64,000 nt of DNA from Chrysomallon squamiferum (taxonomy: Eukaryota > Animalia > Mollusca): contig CM022673.1 in the NCBI GenBank assembly GCA_012295275.1, forward strand, positions 24,428,001 to 24,492,000, in the 5' to 3' direction. The number at the start of each line of letters is the position of its first letter. Position 1 is the first letter of the stretch. The notes under the pieces are model-generated. The model did no database searches and was not told the origin of the DNA. It saw only the letters and a program-made list of their open reading frames with translations. Both the position numbers and the translations under genes were made by a program. Shown in pieces: positions 1 to 13,068 of the stretch.

Positions 1-249
1 TCTTTCTTTCTTTATCTTTTTTCTTTATTCATTTCTTTTTAATATTTTTATTTATTTATTTTTATTTTTTATTATTATTACTTTTTTCTTTCTTCTAAAA
101 TGACTGTTTCTTGTTAGAACAAAGCTGCTTTCAGAAGCTTTATTGTTTCAAACCAGCGATGTTGAAACTGGCGGGAAATATGAACGAAAAGCTGACAGGT
201 AGGATATTTCGGAGGATTTAGTTAATCAATTCTGCTGTAAAATAAACAT

Positions 250-538
250 TATTTTGACGTCACCGGGCCCGCGATTATCACTATGATCAATCATTTTTTT
301 TAATAGGAAAATGTTTTGTTTGTCACTTTTATTCACGTTTCGCAACGGAGATACGGATGTTGTGATAAGCCTAATGAAAAATTACGTAGAAAATTGTCCA
401 GTTATAGAAGCGATATCAAGTAACCGGTATGCGGGACTGAAGTGTAATAAAAATAGGTCATGACCCGCATGACGTCATTTATTGGTTCAAAACGCCGTGA
501 CGTAATATGGTTTCCGACGTAAACCGGAGGCAACGCCA

Positions 539-599
<61 letters not shown>

Positions 600-680
600 T
601 TAATGAGTATTTGTTGTAAAATTATATTATTTACTTTATGATCTGCCATTAACAATGGCTTCTGTTTGACGTCAAACACG
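250..680. promoter_or_regulatory. CRE-rich promoter/enhancer-like region
   Basis: TGACGTCA at 255, 470 and 667; TGACGTAA at 498; nuclear-receptor IR0 AGGTCATGACCC at 455-466; ATTGG at 481; YY1-like CGCCATTTT at ~535. Confidence 0.45.
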
Positions 681-1392
681 TAACAATTAGCGTAAACACG
701 CAGGAAAATGTCGTTAAAGCATCAAAGAACTTAAAGACCATTTAAACCGTAATTTGTAAAGTTGTTTATTTGATTTCATTTATTTATTATTATTTGTTTT
801 TACGTTTTTAATACGTATTTATTCTATTCTATTCTATTTATTGATAATTATTATTATTATTATTATTATCATTATTATTATTATATTTAAAAAAAAAATT
901 TTTAGCTTCTTTTATTTGCTATTGTTAACATTTGTATAGTTAATTTATTTTAAATACATTTTAAAGGAAATATTTAACGATTCTGACTAACTTTAACGTC
1001 TAGAAAAATTTATAGTAAAGACGAATTTGACGTAGGCCGAAAAGACGTGAAACTATCAAAAATTCACATGCATGGATGTACTTAGAACTTCCCAGCTGCA
1101 GATGAGAGCCTAAAGTTCTCTTCTCTAACAAGCACACCCTGCAAATCTCGTTACTTTTTACTTCAGACATCGTCTTTCCGTTTTACACTAGCGATCTTAT
1201 TTTATGTTCGGTTAACACATAATACTTACTGTTTGCGTGCGTATCTGCGGAATTCAATTTTATAGATTTAAAAAATGTATGAACTGTTAATTTCGTTGTT
1301 TTAATTATTTATTTTATTTTATTTTATTTTATTTATTTATTTATTTATTTATTATTATTATTATTTTATTATTATTATTATTGTTATTGTTA

Positions 1393-1427
<35 letters not shown>

Positions 1428-2689
1428 GTTATTATTACTGTTATTATTATTGTGGTGGTGTTGTTGTTTTTTCTTTGTTTCGTTATTTGTTTTTTTTTAT
1501 TATTATTATTATTTTTTTAGATGTTTGTTTAATAGTCTGAATTCTGCTTTAAGCTATTTATTAACATTTCTTAAGAGCATCGTTAAATTACCAAAAAAAC
1601 CAACAACACACAAATAAGAATTTTTTTTTTTTCTTTAGAAACAACAATAAGAAATAATACTTTAAACCATAACAAGACAAAAATGACTTAGGAATAAAAA
1701 AAGAAATGAAATAAAGAAGACGAAGTAAATAAAATTAAAAATAAAAGAGAAAGAGCGATCAAGAGGGAGTACAACGCAATAAAACGTGTTTGTGAGTTGA
1801 GAAACACGGCAGTTTGTAAAACCGAGTTCGTGTTTAAGTGAAGGGAGAGTACGCTATGAGCGGGCTTGTATCACGGTTTCAAAGCAATCGAACGAATGGA
1901 AGTAAATATTAGTTAACGCGTCTTCCTGCTGGTTTGTTAACTGTGTAATTAGCTAGAGGGAAGCAGTGAATAGTTTTAAAGGTTGAAATCGTCAGGAATT
2001 GTAAGCAGTTCGTTCACAAGAAAAAAAATAAAAAATGGTGAGGACTTCGTCAATTGAAAAACAAACTAAATAACCTTACAGACATTCGTTAAACAAGTCT
2101 GTATTCTTAAGTTTAACGTATTAAAAATGAATTTGTAAATCTATTGTTTTGATAACAACCTCGAAAAAGAAAACTATGACATAGTTATGAACGTGCTGTG
2201 AACATTTCTTGTTTTTCAGATTAATTTTAAAATAAATAATTCTATAGTTTATTACATAAAGAGAAAAATATTTCATCAACAAACAGTGCAAGAGAAGCAC
2301 TTTCTAGTTTGAGTTGTCGACTGGTGTATTTTGTGTTTCAGGATCAAACCTCCTAGATGCTACTGTTGGGCTATGCAAGTTTCAACCAATCCCTTACAAC
2401 AGATTTCCAAAACGTCATGGATAATGTTTACGAGAAGGTTGTAATATAATATACTTTACTGCTAACTTTTTTTATGGCTGCTGCAACGCCTTCTCGTTTC
2501 ACCATTAAATTTACTGATAACTAAAACGATGTATTAAAACGTATCTGAGATGTCGTAACACATGCGACAGAGTTGTAGAATAATTATATTTTACAAAAAC
2601 TATGACTAAACAGACGATAATTTCAAACAGAACAATAAATTGCAACATTTGGAAACATATTAAAGTATACATTTGTAAATTTGTTAAAC

Positions 2690-2756
<67 letters not shown>

Positions 2757-4827
2757 TAATTAAATAAATAACGAATGAAATAAATAAAATAATTTTGGAA
2801 AACGCGTATATAATTCTTACAGGTAAAACAAAAATCAAATGTACTGTTTACTAATATACTGTGAATTATGTAATAAACAGACAGACAAACAGACAAACAG
2901 ACAGATAGATAGCTAGAAGTAGACGGACAGACACACAGGCAGCCAGATAGACAGTCAGATAGATAAGCATTGTTTCATATTGTTTATTGGGATGTTTCTT
3001 GTGTGTCATTATCACTGATGTTACGATGTCACAGTAATTCAGCAAATTAAAAAAAGAGTTATAATTAGTAAAAATAATTAACACAGGATTTAAAACAACC
3101 TCTACAACATACGTACTTGTGTTTTTTCAGAAATTAGAAAGAATTTTCTGACCTATGATCATGTATCTAAAGTCCTAAAACAGTTTTTCTGTGTAAATAC
3201 AATTGATTCGTATCAGGTCCTTGTGTACGTTCAAAGTGTTCTTTTCAAAAGTAATTTACACTTCTGTGAATGTTGGATTTACAGCGTATTGGAAATCCAT
3301 CTGTTTTATTATAAACCGAAATCCTTGAATTTTAACACTACTATTTTTTTAAACTTTTCAATTGTTAATTTATCATCATGGAAGGCAAATATCAAGCGTC
3401 ACTGTAAGAAATAAATTTAAAAAGGAATAATATTTGTGCAAAGGCAGAATCCCCTGTTTCATTTCAGTAATTTCTGAGACGGTATTTATTAACAACAGCC
3501 TAATTAGCAATTCTACTCCATTGATTTTTACTTAATACTGGTCAGACAGAAACCATTTTCATGACGAGTTTATCATGCAAATATTACACGCTAAAGACAA
3601 AAGAAAAAAAAAGACATTTTTCATAATTGTTCCTCTTCCGACATAAAGAATAAAAATCTTCGTGGTCATCTATAATTTACAACATTTTTACGAGGTGTTT
3701 TTTTACGTGTTTGTAGCCTTCACAATTAGTGAAACATCTCATTTTTGTGAAATAGAAAACAGCAACTTTGAAAGACAAAATAAATCAGAAAACGTTTATT
3801 ACATTTATAATAATAATAATAATAATAGTAATAAAATATACATATAAGCCTTTTTATATTATTCAAGCCAAAATTTACAAGCATTCATATTCGCAAACGG
3901 AAAAACCTAGAATGAATGAAATTGACCGCTATTTTACGAAAAACAACATTTATCATGTACAACAAGAATTCTCTCTAAACAAAATAATGTTTAAGCCTAT
4001 CTTGGAATATATATTAAACGTTATGTATGTTAGCTGTTATTGTTTGCTCTATGTAAAAGTTTTAGCGTTTTTTTATTTTTATTTTTATTTTTTCATTTCA
4101 CTAAAGTCAGTTCACTAAATTGCTAGAATGTTTAAACTTGATAAGTTTTTTCACATATTTAGAAATAATTCTGTTTCAGACGAGTCTCTTAAAAATGGAT
4201 GGCGGAATCAAAAACCATCTCAGTTATGTTTAATATTTTAGAAATTACTTTAGATTTTATTTTATTGCCCTCCACACACACTGGAATATTTGTTTAAATA
4301 GCCGGTTATTTCGATTCAGTTAAATTCTATAAACACTAAGAATCAGACTAATTCAATGAAACTTCGCTTCATTAGAAATATTTGTGTCTTTAACGTGAAT
4401 CTAAAGAAGCTTTTAAAATGTTTTATTGTATTCATGATGTTATTTGGGTATTTTTTTTTTTTTATGTGAAGTGGGTGAAAGTGTTTTCTGTTTAGTTGAA
4501 TTACCACAGTCTGGCATATCAATCAGCCGTGACATTTGAAATTTACAACACAGAATCATGGAGTCCAAAATTATTGGCATTAATGGTCTTCAAAAACATC
4601 AAAAGAAGCATTATAATTTTTAAAAAATAAAAATTTATGCCGGTATTAAATATGAATTTTTGATATTAATTAATTAAACAAAACTAATTTAAAAAAAAAA
4701 AAAAAAAAAAAAGAGTTAAGATACGTTAGCAACGACACAAGAAAAAAAATGATAGAAAACTAGACTTTACTGAACAATGCGAATATGTTCTTTTCAAAAC
4801 AGTGGTAATTTGGTCTTTACGAAAGTC

Positions 4828-5135
4828 TACTGTAATATTACTCTAATAACAATACTATATCTAGCGTAATATTTGCTTAATAACACTGTTTGGTCTAATG
4901 TAATATTACTCTAATAACAATATTATATCTAGCGTAATATTTGCTTAATAACAATGTTTGGTTTAATGTAATATTATTGTAATAACAATGTTAGTTCTAC
5001 TGAAACATTATTGTAATAACAAATGTTCTAACTACTGCAATATAACTATAATAACAATGTTTTTTCCTAATACTTTTGTAATAACAATATCATATATGTA
5101 ATATTACTGTTATAAAAACGTTTGGTCTAATGTAT
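4828..5135. repeat. Degenerate minisatellite (~34-bp unit, with a ~69-bp dimer repeated twice)
   Basis: Recurring TGTAATATTACTCTAATAACAAT / ATTTGCTTAATAACA.TGTTTGGT motifs. Confidence 0.7.
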
Positions 5136-5432
5136 TACTTGGCATATTCTTTTAATTTTATCTATACTAAGCCAAATGCTGGCATTCATACAAAATAATG
5201 CCAGAAATACAGTATTATGATAAAATGGAATGTGTACAGGTAAAGAGCTTGTTGACAAAGATTTATTATCAGCTACGTGTGCTACTGTACAATCACAGTA
5301 TTTCAAACAGACAACTAACTTGTTAGTATTCTCTAGAAATCAGATTTTCTAAGACTTCATTCATACTTCAGTTTCTTCATGGAAAATCTCTGATATGTTA
5401 ATATGTAAATATAGATTTACATTTCTTTTCCT

Positions 5433-5484
<52 letters not shown>

Positions 5485-6054
5485 TAGAGACTATCAGAAA
5501 AATAAACACAAACATTCAAAAATTCGTTTAACAATGTAATTTGTCGTTTCATAGTTTTGTATGTCGAGAGTAGTAATAAGAAATAAATATATATATTTTA
5601 CCAATGCTGTTCCTTCAAACGTTTTTCAAACTTTGTAATAATAAAGTAAAATATATCATGACTCGTGGAGATTTTCATTTTATCTTAGACTTAGGACAGA
5701 AAAATAAGAACTTTTTTTTAAATTTAAATTTATTGCCAGTTATTTTGTTTAATTTATTTAGCATCTCTGCTTAAGCGTTTACAAGAAAATAAAATAAATG
5801 GTGGCTTCTACAGACCATCACACGTCCTGCATTAGCATAACATTATTAATAAAAATATGAATTTCAAAAAATATATATATATATATAAAGAAAACAACTA
5901 CATGGTTTAAAAATAATGCAAAAACAACAAGCGTCATGACCATTACAGAACTCAACGTTATACACAGAAATTTAAATGTAGTCTAAAAATAAAAATAAAA
6001 ACTATATTAATATTCCTTTATATGAATTAATTTACCTATATGCTATATTAGTAC

Positions 6055-6087
<33 letters not shown>

Positions 6088-6697
6088 TTCTTTCATATTT
6101 AAGATGCCATTGATAGAATATAATAAACCTTTCATCGTATTATCATCATTTTACCTCTCGCTTTCTAGTCTACTTCTTTTCTTTCAAATTCATTCTAAAC
6201 AACATGTCAAACTCACGTATCAAATTTTAATATGTTTTGTCTTCAAATATTTTACTGTATGAAACAAACAATTCTGTTGAAACCAAATTTTCAAAAACGT
6301 TTGTCTGATTTTCTAAATTTAGCGTTTGGTTTCGTTCATCACTTCTTTTGTCAAATGTTAAATATTTTTGAAATTCTTTTATACTGACGTTCATTTGTGG
6401 CATACCTAGAATTCCTCCGTCGCCGATAAAACTGCGCACAAATTGTTTGACCCTTTTTGTTGTGAGATTCTTTGTTCAGTAATTAAATGGAGGAATCTGA
6501 AACAAGGATGCTCATAGCTTCTGTCAATCGGAGAAAACCTACTGGAATAATCCACAGAACGCTAGTATACTAAACTGAATAGAGAGAATGCTAAAATACT
6601 GCATTAAATAAAATATGCTAAAATACTGAATTAAATAGAGAATGCTAAAATAGTACACTAAATACAGAATACTAAATTGTCAAATATCTCACCAGAT

Positions 6698-6959
6698 ACT
6701 AAGATACTGAAATCATCGACTGAATGCTAAGATACTGAAAATCACCGACTGAATGCTAAGATACTGAAATCATCGACTGAATGCTAAGATACTGAAAATC
6801 ACCGACTGAATGCTAAGATACTGAAATCACCGACTGAATGCTAAGATACTGAAATCATCGACTGAATGCTAAGATACTGAAAATCACTGACTGAATGCTA
6901 AGATACTGAAATCACCGACTGAATGCTAAGATACTGAAATCATCGACTGAATGCTAAGA
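6698..6959. repeat. Minisatellite, 28/29-bp unit TGAATGCTAAGATACTGAAA(A)TCA(T/C)CGAC, ~9 copies, with decayed relatives on both flanks
   Basis: Direct tandem copies are visible. Degenerate GAATGCTAAAATACT copies lie at 6560-6680 and AACTCACTGAATGA copies at 7030-7130. Confidence 0.95.
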
Positions 6960-7657
6960 CAGTAAAGACTTTACTGACCTCCAAGAAACTCGGGAATTCA
7001 AGTATTCCACTAAATTATATGATAAGCAAGTAACTCACTGAATGATATGATAATCAAGTAACTCACTGAATGAAACGGTAATCAAGTGATTCAGTACATG
7101 CTAAGATATTTAGATAACTCACTGAATGAAACAGAATTAATTACCGATTCATGTGCTCTTGTAATGATTAACTGAATGCAAGGATAATGAAAGTAAATAG
7201 CTAAATGAAGATATACTGAAGCAAGGAGACAAATGCTGATATAAATGCTGATATAAGCGAACTCAATGAGATTCTGAATTCACTCAGTGATTACGGTAAT
7301 GTTGATGTGACCCATTCGAAGACAGCTGATCAGAATTTATAAAGCGTCTTTCTACTTAGTTTCTAAGAAGAAAATCCACAGAAACGTTGTTTAATTTTTA
7401 ATTCTCTAATATCAGTATTGTAAGAAATCAAAAATTTCTGACGTTAATTAATCGTTAATATTAAAATGAATTGAAACTTCGTTCAATAATTAATCATTCA
7501 TTCGTTGATTAGTTCAAACAGAAACATGAAATGACTAAATTAAAACAACAAAATTTTCTAAGTTTCACTTTTTTCTTTTCTCCCCCACGCTTTGGCGTAG
7601 GCAGAATAATTCAGAAATTTACTATGAATCAATGATTTCTTAATAAGATGGAAATTA

Positions 7658-7726
<69 letters not shown>

Positions 7727-8814
7727 CAAATTTTAAAAAAAATTAAATGGAAAGACAACAAAGAAAGAAATGAAAAGAAAAAAACCCTGACGATGGATAA
7801 AATCTACGTGCACCTTTGATTTACGACAAATCCTTTTATTTACGCCATTTTTATAAATTTATAATCTGCTTGGCGTATTTTCGTTACGTGCCATATACTA
7901 ACGGTATCTACAATTTAACAAACAGTACTGGAAAAAGTTCTGTAATAAATGTATCTGACAAATTATTAAAATAAAAAAAAAAATAAAAGAAAATAAATCT
8001 TCCCCCACATCTGTTTTGTAAGTAAACTGTAAAACATATGAATAATTTCGCAGATTGATTCAATATTTCTTTGACATGTATTAATATTGATGCGTAGTTC
8101 GTCAGCCCAACGATTTCTTATCGTAGTGTTTTGACGCAAGTGGAAATTTAAAACATTTCCCAATTAACCAAGCTGGAGAGTTATTCTGTTATTATGACGT
8201 TACTTCCGTGCATTATTAATATTTCATGTCAAATGTAGCTCATACATCACTAAAAAAGCGCGCAAAACACAACTTTTAAATATAATTAACGTAAATGATA
8301 AAAACATAACGTTTTTGTTTTTTGTTTTTTATATCAGCGTTGTAGAATGTAGCCTAAACCGTCATTTTTTAGTTCTGTTATCTTTAACAATACGATTTTA
8401 AAAGTTTTAAAATTGCATGTGAACTGTTAGTTGTTAAGCATCCATTTTCAGGACTTATTTTATTTATTTATTTATTTATTTATTTATTATTATTAATTTT
8501 TATTATTATTTGTTGTTGTTAAGAAATATATTTTTATAAAGCAGTTTTATTTCAAGTTCAGGTTTAACAATGTAATATTTGCACCATAAATCTGACAGTT
8601 TATCTATGATATGATTACTTCACGATCTGTTCCTCATTTTTCTTTTTTAACTTCTTCTCTTTAAATTTTAAGAAAACAAAAGTTATAGCTGAACCGCAAG
8701 AAAGGTGTATAAATATAAGATCTATATTGAGATAATATTTGTCTCTAAGTACATATGTTGTAAGTTGTAATAGAATAAAAAAGTGTTATTTGTCAAACAT
8801 GCAAAATTATTTAT

Positions 8815-8817
<3 letters not shown>

Positions 8818-8887
<70 letters not shown>
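8818..8887. repeat. (CT)n microsatellite
   Basis: Pure dinucleotide run. Confidence 0.95.
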
Positions 8888-8889
<2 letters not shown>

Positions 8890-9235
8890 ATGTATGTAGG
8901 TGTCAACTTGCATCGTAATTATTCATTTTAATTTTATAGACAATAAATAAATATTTCACTATATAAAATTTCGTTTAAGAATGTCGAACTAAAATAAACA
9001 GTTATTTGTTCTGCAACACACTTTAAAATACTTCAGTCGCTATTAAAAACAACCGTTCTGTTTCTCTTTGCGGCTGAAGTTTCCAACAAGAAAATCTCAA
9101 AAAAACCCAACAACAACAACAAAAACAAAGTAATTCAAATAAATAAAACGAAAATATTAACAACAAGGAAAAAAACAACCGATATACAGTCCAAAAAAAA
9201 AAAAAAAAAAAAATCAAATTCGAGTTCTTACTTAC

Positions 9236-9460
9236 AGGTTTAGTTAAGTTATATGTTGTTCTTCGTGTTCCGTTCTTGTTCTGGGCTGATGGAGTTTCGT
9301 GTGTTTGCTGTTCACCAGGAGACCACTACATTCAGAGTGAAAACTCTTAACGGTGCGCGAGGACAGAAACTCTACGATAGACTGGCAGTGCAAGATTCCC
9401 GATCGTCGCTAGCATTGGTCGAATAAAGATTATAGTGGAAGTGGCGGAGTTATAAAGACG
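9236..9460 (-). promoter_or_regulatory. Candidate promoter and non-coding first exon of a minus-strand gene running leftwards
   Basis: GC-richer island. Minus-strand donor CCT|GTAAGT at 9235-9230, Inr-like CCAGTC near 9383, CCAAT (minus) at 9414-9418, GC-box-like GTGGCGGAG at 9441. The only ATG in the exon is ATG-TAG. Confidence 0.35.
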
Positions 9461-10224
9461 CCACGTGTTTCGCTAATCAATCAAAAGTATTGATAATAGT
9501 TTGTGAAGACTCTCACACCCACCAGGAAAACTTTTAAGGGGACACAATTGATCGAAGCAGAGCTTATCTCGAAGCGGCTTGCTCCGCGCCTGGAGCAGGC
9601 TGGCGGATTTCGCTACGGAAATGAGAGTTTCGGAAGTACGCGATCTTTGAGTATTACAATTGATCAGCTACAATTTATGGCACTTTGATGGTGTAATTCA
9701 TTGCGCTAGACATGGTTCTGGTCTAATTTGGACGGGACCAGCAAATGATCCTTAAATTTGTCGCAGTTTACGCCGTCTGTTTCGCCTTAGCGAAAAGAAA
9801 CGACTGCGTGACAAGCGTAACGGTGACGAATGTCAAGTCGGTTTGATGACGCCAGTACATGCCGAGTTTAATAAATTTAATTTTGCGCAAAATTCGAAAG
9901 GAGACGTTCAATTAAACGAAACGGTAATAATCTCCGTTTAGCCCGAAGTCAAAAATTACGATATTTTAAATTTTTATTTTATTTTTTTTTTTTAATTCTT
10001 TTTTTTTTTTATTTTTTTGTTTTAATAATGTTGGTTTCAGTGTTTTTATCCTCGTGGTATGTGGGTACGGCGATCCGAAAGCTGCGTTATTCTCGTAATA
10101 ACTTTGACACTTTGCCAAATGACGTCAGCGCGGAATAATAAAATTATTATGGTATTTTCTAGAGCAGGCGAGACACGCAAATGCTTATTATACACTAAAA
10201 TACCTAGTTTCAATAATAATAATC

Positions 10225-10272
<48 letters not shown>

Positions 10273-10433
10273 AGATGATAATGAAGATGATGACGATGAT
10301 GAAGTTATTTTTTGCTTTCGATCTGAGTATGAAAGACAGTGTATTATATATTAATATAAATATATATATATATATACAAAGAAAGTAAAGTGAAATCTAC
10401 TGTTATAATACGCAGCTGTAGTCGAACATACGT

Positions 10434-10470
<37 letters not shown>

Positions 10471-10763
10471 ATATTCAATTACGAATTACGTAATTCCTGT
10501 AACACTTTTCATAATCGATTCCGAACGATGAAAGACCTTTAAACTTTTGAAATAATAAAAAATAATCTTTAGAACTGAACAACGTATAATTACTACGGGT
10601 CTTTGATAATTTGAAGAAGAAAGTTATCATTTAATTCGCTAATTCCACACATTATTAATATATTTATTTATCAGAATGTCTCTATCGATCTACATATTTA
10701 TCTGTATTCATATATCTGTCTGTCCATTCGTCTTTCTTTTTTTTAATTCTTTTTTTCTTTCTT

Positions 10764-10798
<35 letters not shown>

Positions 10799-11286
10799 AA
10801 TACGTAACATTATTTAGGAGAACCATTTTACGATAAATCACCATTAAAAGAACAAATGTAATTATTTTCACATCTCTACACATAAATTATAATTTGTTTT
10901 GTCTCCGCTGTCTTTCGTTTCAAAAACGGATTATAGGAAACAATTGTACAGTCCATAAATTATTTAATATGAAAAATTAATTAATATTTAGCACTTTTAA
11001 AACCAAATTAAAAGTAATGAGAAAAAAAAAAAAATAAAAACATTGTCTCTGATCATCATTATTCATAATTAAAATTAAAATTATTGTTGTTGTTGCTGTT
11101 GTTCTTCTTGTTGCTACTGTTGCTTTTAGGTGTCCTCCCATCTGCCAAAAAACCTAACCAAATCAATCTATTACAACAACATTGGGTTTTGGCTAGGTGG
11201 GATCTGGGTGGTATGGGATTAATTTTGGTCAGTCGTTTGTATTCGTGTTATAGTTTGTATCAAGCGTCTTCATTTCGACGCTAAAA

Positions 11287-11463
11287 ACATATTGCACTTA
11301 CGATATAATATGTATCTATTTGTAATAATAATCTTTATTAATGCACGTGAATATTTTCATTTCGACACTGACACAAATGATTTATTTTTATTACGTTATC
11401 AAGACATATTGCATTTACGATATAACATATGTCTATTAGTAATAATAATCTTTATTAATGCAC
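11287..11463. repeat. Two diverged ~59-bp direct repeats (11287-11345 and 11404-11463)
   Basis: ACATATTGCA.TTACGATATAA.AT...TCTATT.GTAATAATAATCTTTATTAATGCAC occurs twice. Confidence 0.85.
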
Positions 11464-12840
11464 TGAAACAATTCAAAAGTTAATGTAGAATGAAGCTGCA
11501 ATGACACAGTCCTGAACTGTCACATGTCCCTGTTGAAAACGCAGTTTCAGATTCTGAAGTTTGTTTTCAGTGTCACGATACGTCTTTTTCTTATATTTCC
11601 GTCGATCAGTGGCCGCAAGTTGTATAATTGCTGTTTCGTTTTTGGTTCTTTATTGTAAATGTTTGGATGTGGCGACATCACTATGTTCAGTTTATGAAGA
11701 CATAATATCATTACGACATTGTACCTTTTTCTTAACATGTTAGCCATCCACTAAAACCATACTGCATTTACGATATTAATTTGTGTGTGTAAACTGGTAC
11801 ATGACTTGTACGTCTGTTAGTAATATTAACATTATTTTAATGGAAAACAGAGTTTGATAATGTTCACACAAAGCGGTTATATGTACTGTTGAAATAAATC
11901 TAGTATCATGTGAACGACATAACAATAAAGACATTAGCACAATTAACAACAAAAATAATAATAAAATAAATAAACAAGTTCAGTTGGGGTAATTGACGGC
12001 TACTACAACCTTCTAAATTTAGATCATATTGTTCTGTGTGCGTGGTTAATTACCACCTGTGATAACATTATATTAATACATTTTGTTTTTAAATCGCAAA
12101 ACAAATCATAAGAAAACAATAATACAACATAAGTCTACTGTTTACTCTTCTTGTATTTGATTAAAGTCAACAGCAATCGCAGTATCACGTAATTAGTTTC
12201 GCTAATTAATCTGAATTAAAATAACAGTATTCTATAATTAGTATCTGTACTTAGGATGATACCTGTAATTAAGATAATTATATTTTCTAATTAAGATAAA
12301 TGTATTCTCTAATTATTGCCAGTACGGACAGTAAAGGTATGAACTGTTATCTTGTAATGTTAGAGTATGTCTGAAAGGATAACAAGATTTTATACTGACT
12401 GCAAATCAGGTTTATTAGCATCTCAGAACCTGAAGATATCTGTTAGCTTTTACAATTATTATTTCATTATTTTCATTCATTTATTTATTTATTTACTGTT
12501 TTATTTATTTATTTAAGCTTTTTTATTTTATTTATTTATGTATTTATCTATCTATTTATTTATTTATCTATTTTATTTTATTTTATTTTATTTTTCTATT
12601 TATTTTCTATTTACTTATCTTTTTTCTGTCTATCTAGCTATCTATCTCTCTACCTACCTACCTATCTATCTATGTATCTGTCTATCAGTTTATTTACTTA
12701 CTTATTTATCCCTATGTCTGTATAATCTGTAGGTCTACGTATCTGTCCAAATGACTGTCTGCCTGTATGTATGTTTTTATTATATTTTAATAATTTGTTA
12801 ATTAAGAATGATTTCACTATGACATACAAAGTTTGGTGAT

Positions 12841-13068
12841 AAATATCAAGATTGATATTTTATAATACGCGTACTACTGAAATATCAAAACTGATATTTT
12901 ATATTACATATAGTATGAAATATCAACACTGATATTTTATAATACAGGTAGACTGAAATATCAAACTGATATTTTATAATACAGGTAGACTGAAATATCA
13001 AACTGATATTTTATAATGCATATAGTACTGAAATATCAAAACTGATAGTACAGGTAGTATGAAATATC
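12841..13068. repeat. Minisatellite, ~38-39-bp unit with internal inverted repeat AAATATCA-n3/4-TGATATTT, ~6 copies
   Basis: Tandem copies of GAAATATCAAAACTGATATTTTATAATACAGGTAGACT. Confidence 0.9.

Noticed and set aside
2342-2450. Plus-strand acceptor (ttttgtgtttcag|) followed by short open frames
   Set aside because: There is no recognisable peptide, the donor is weak, and there are no partner exons.
9382-9420. TGGCAGTG miR-34-like seed
   Set aside because: Only 8 nt match, and the surrounding hairpin is too short and poorly paired.
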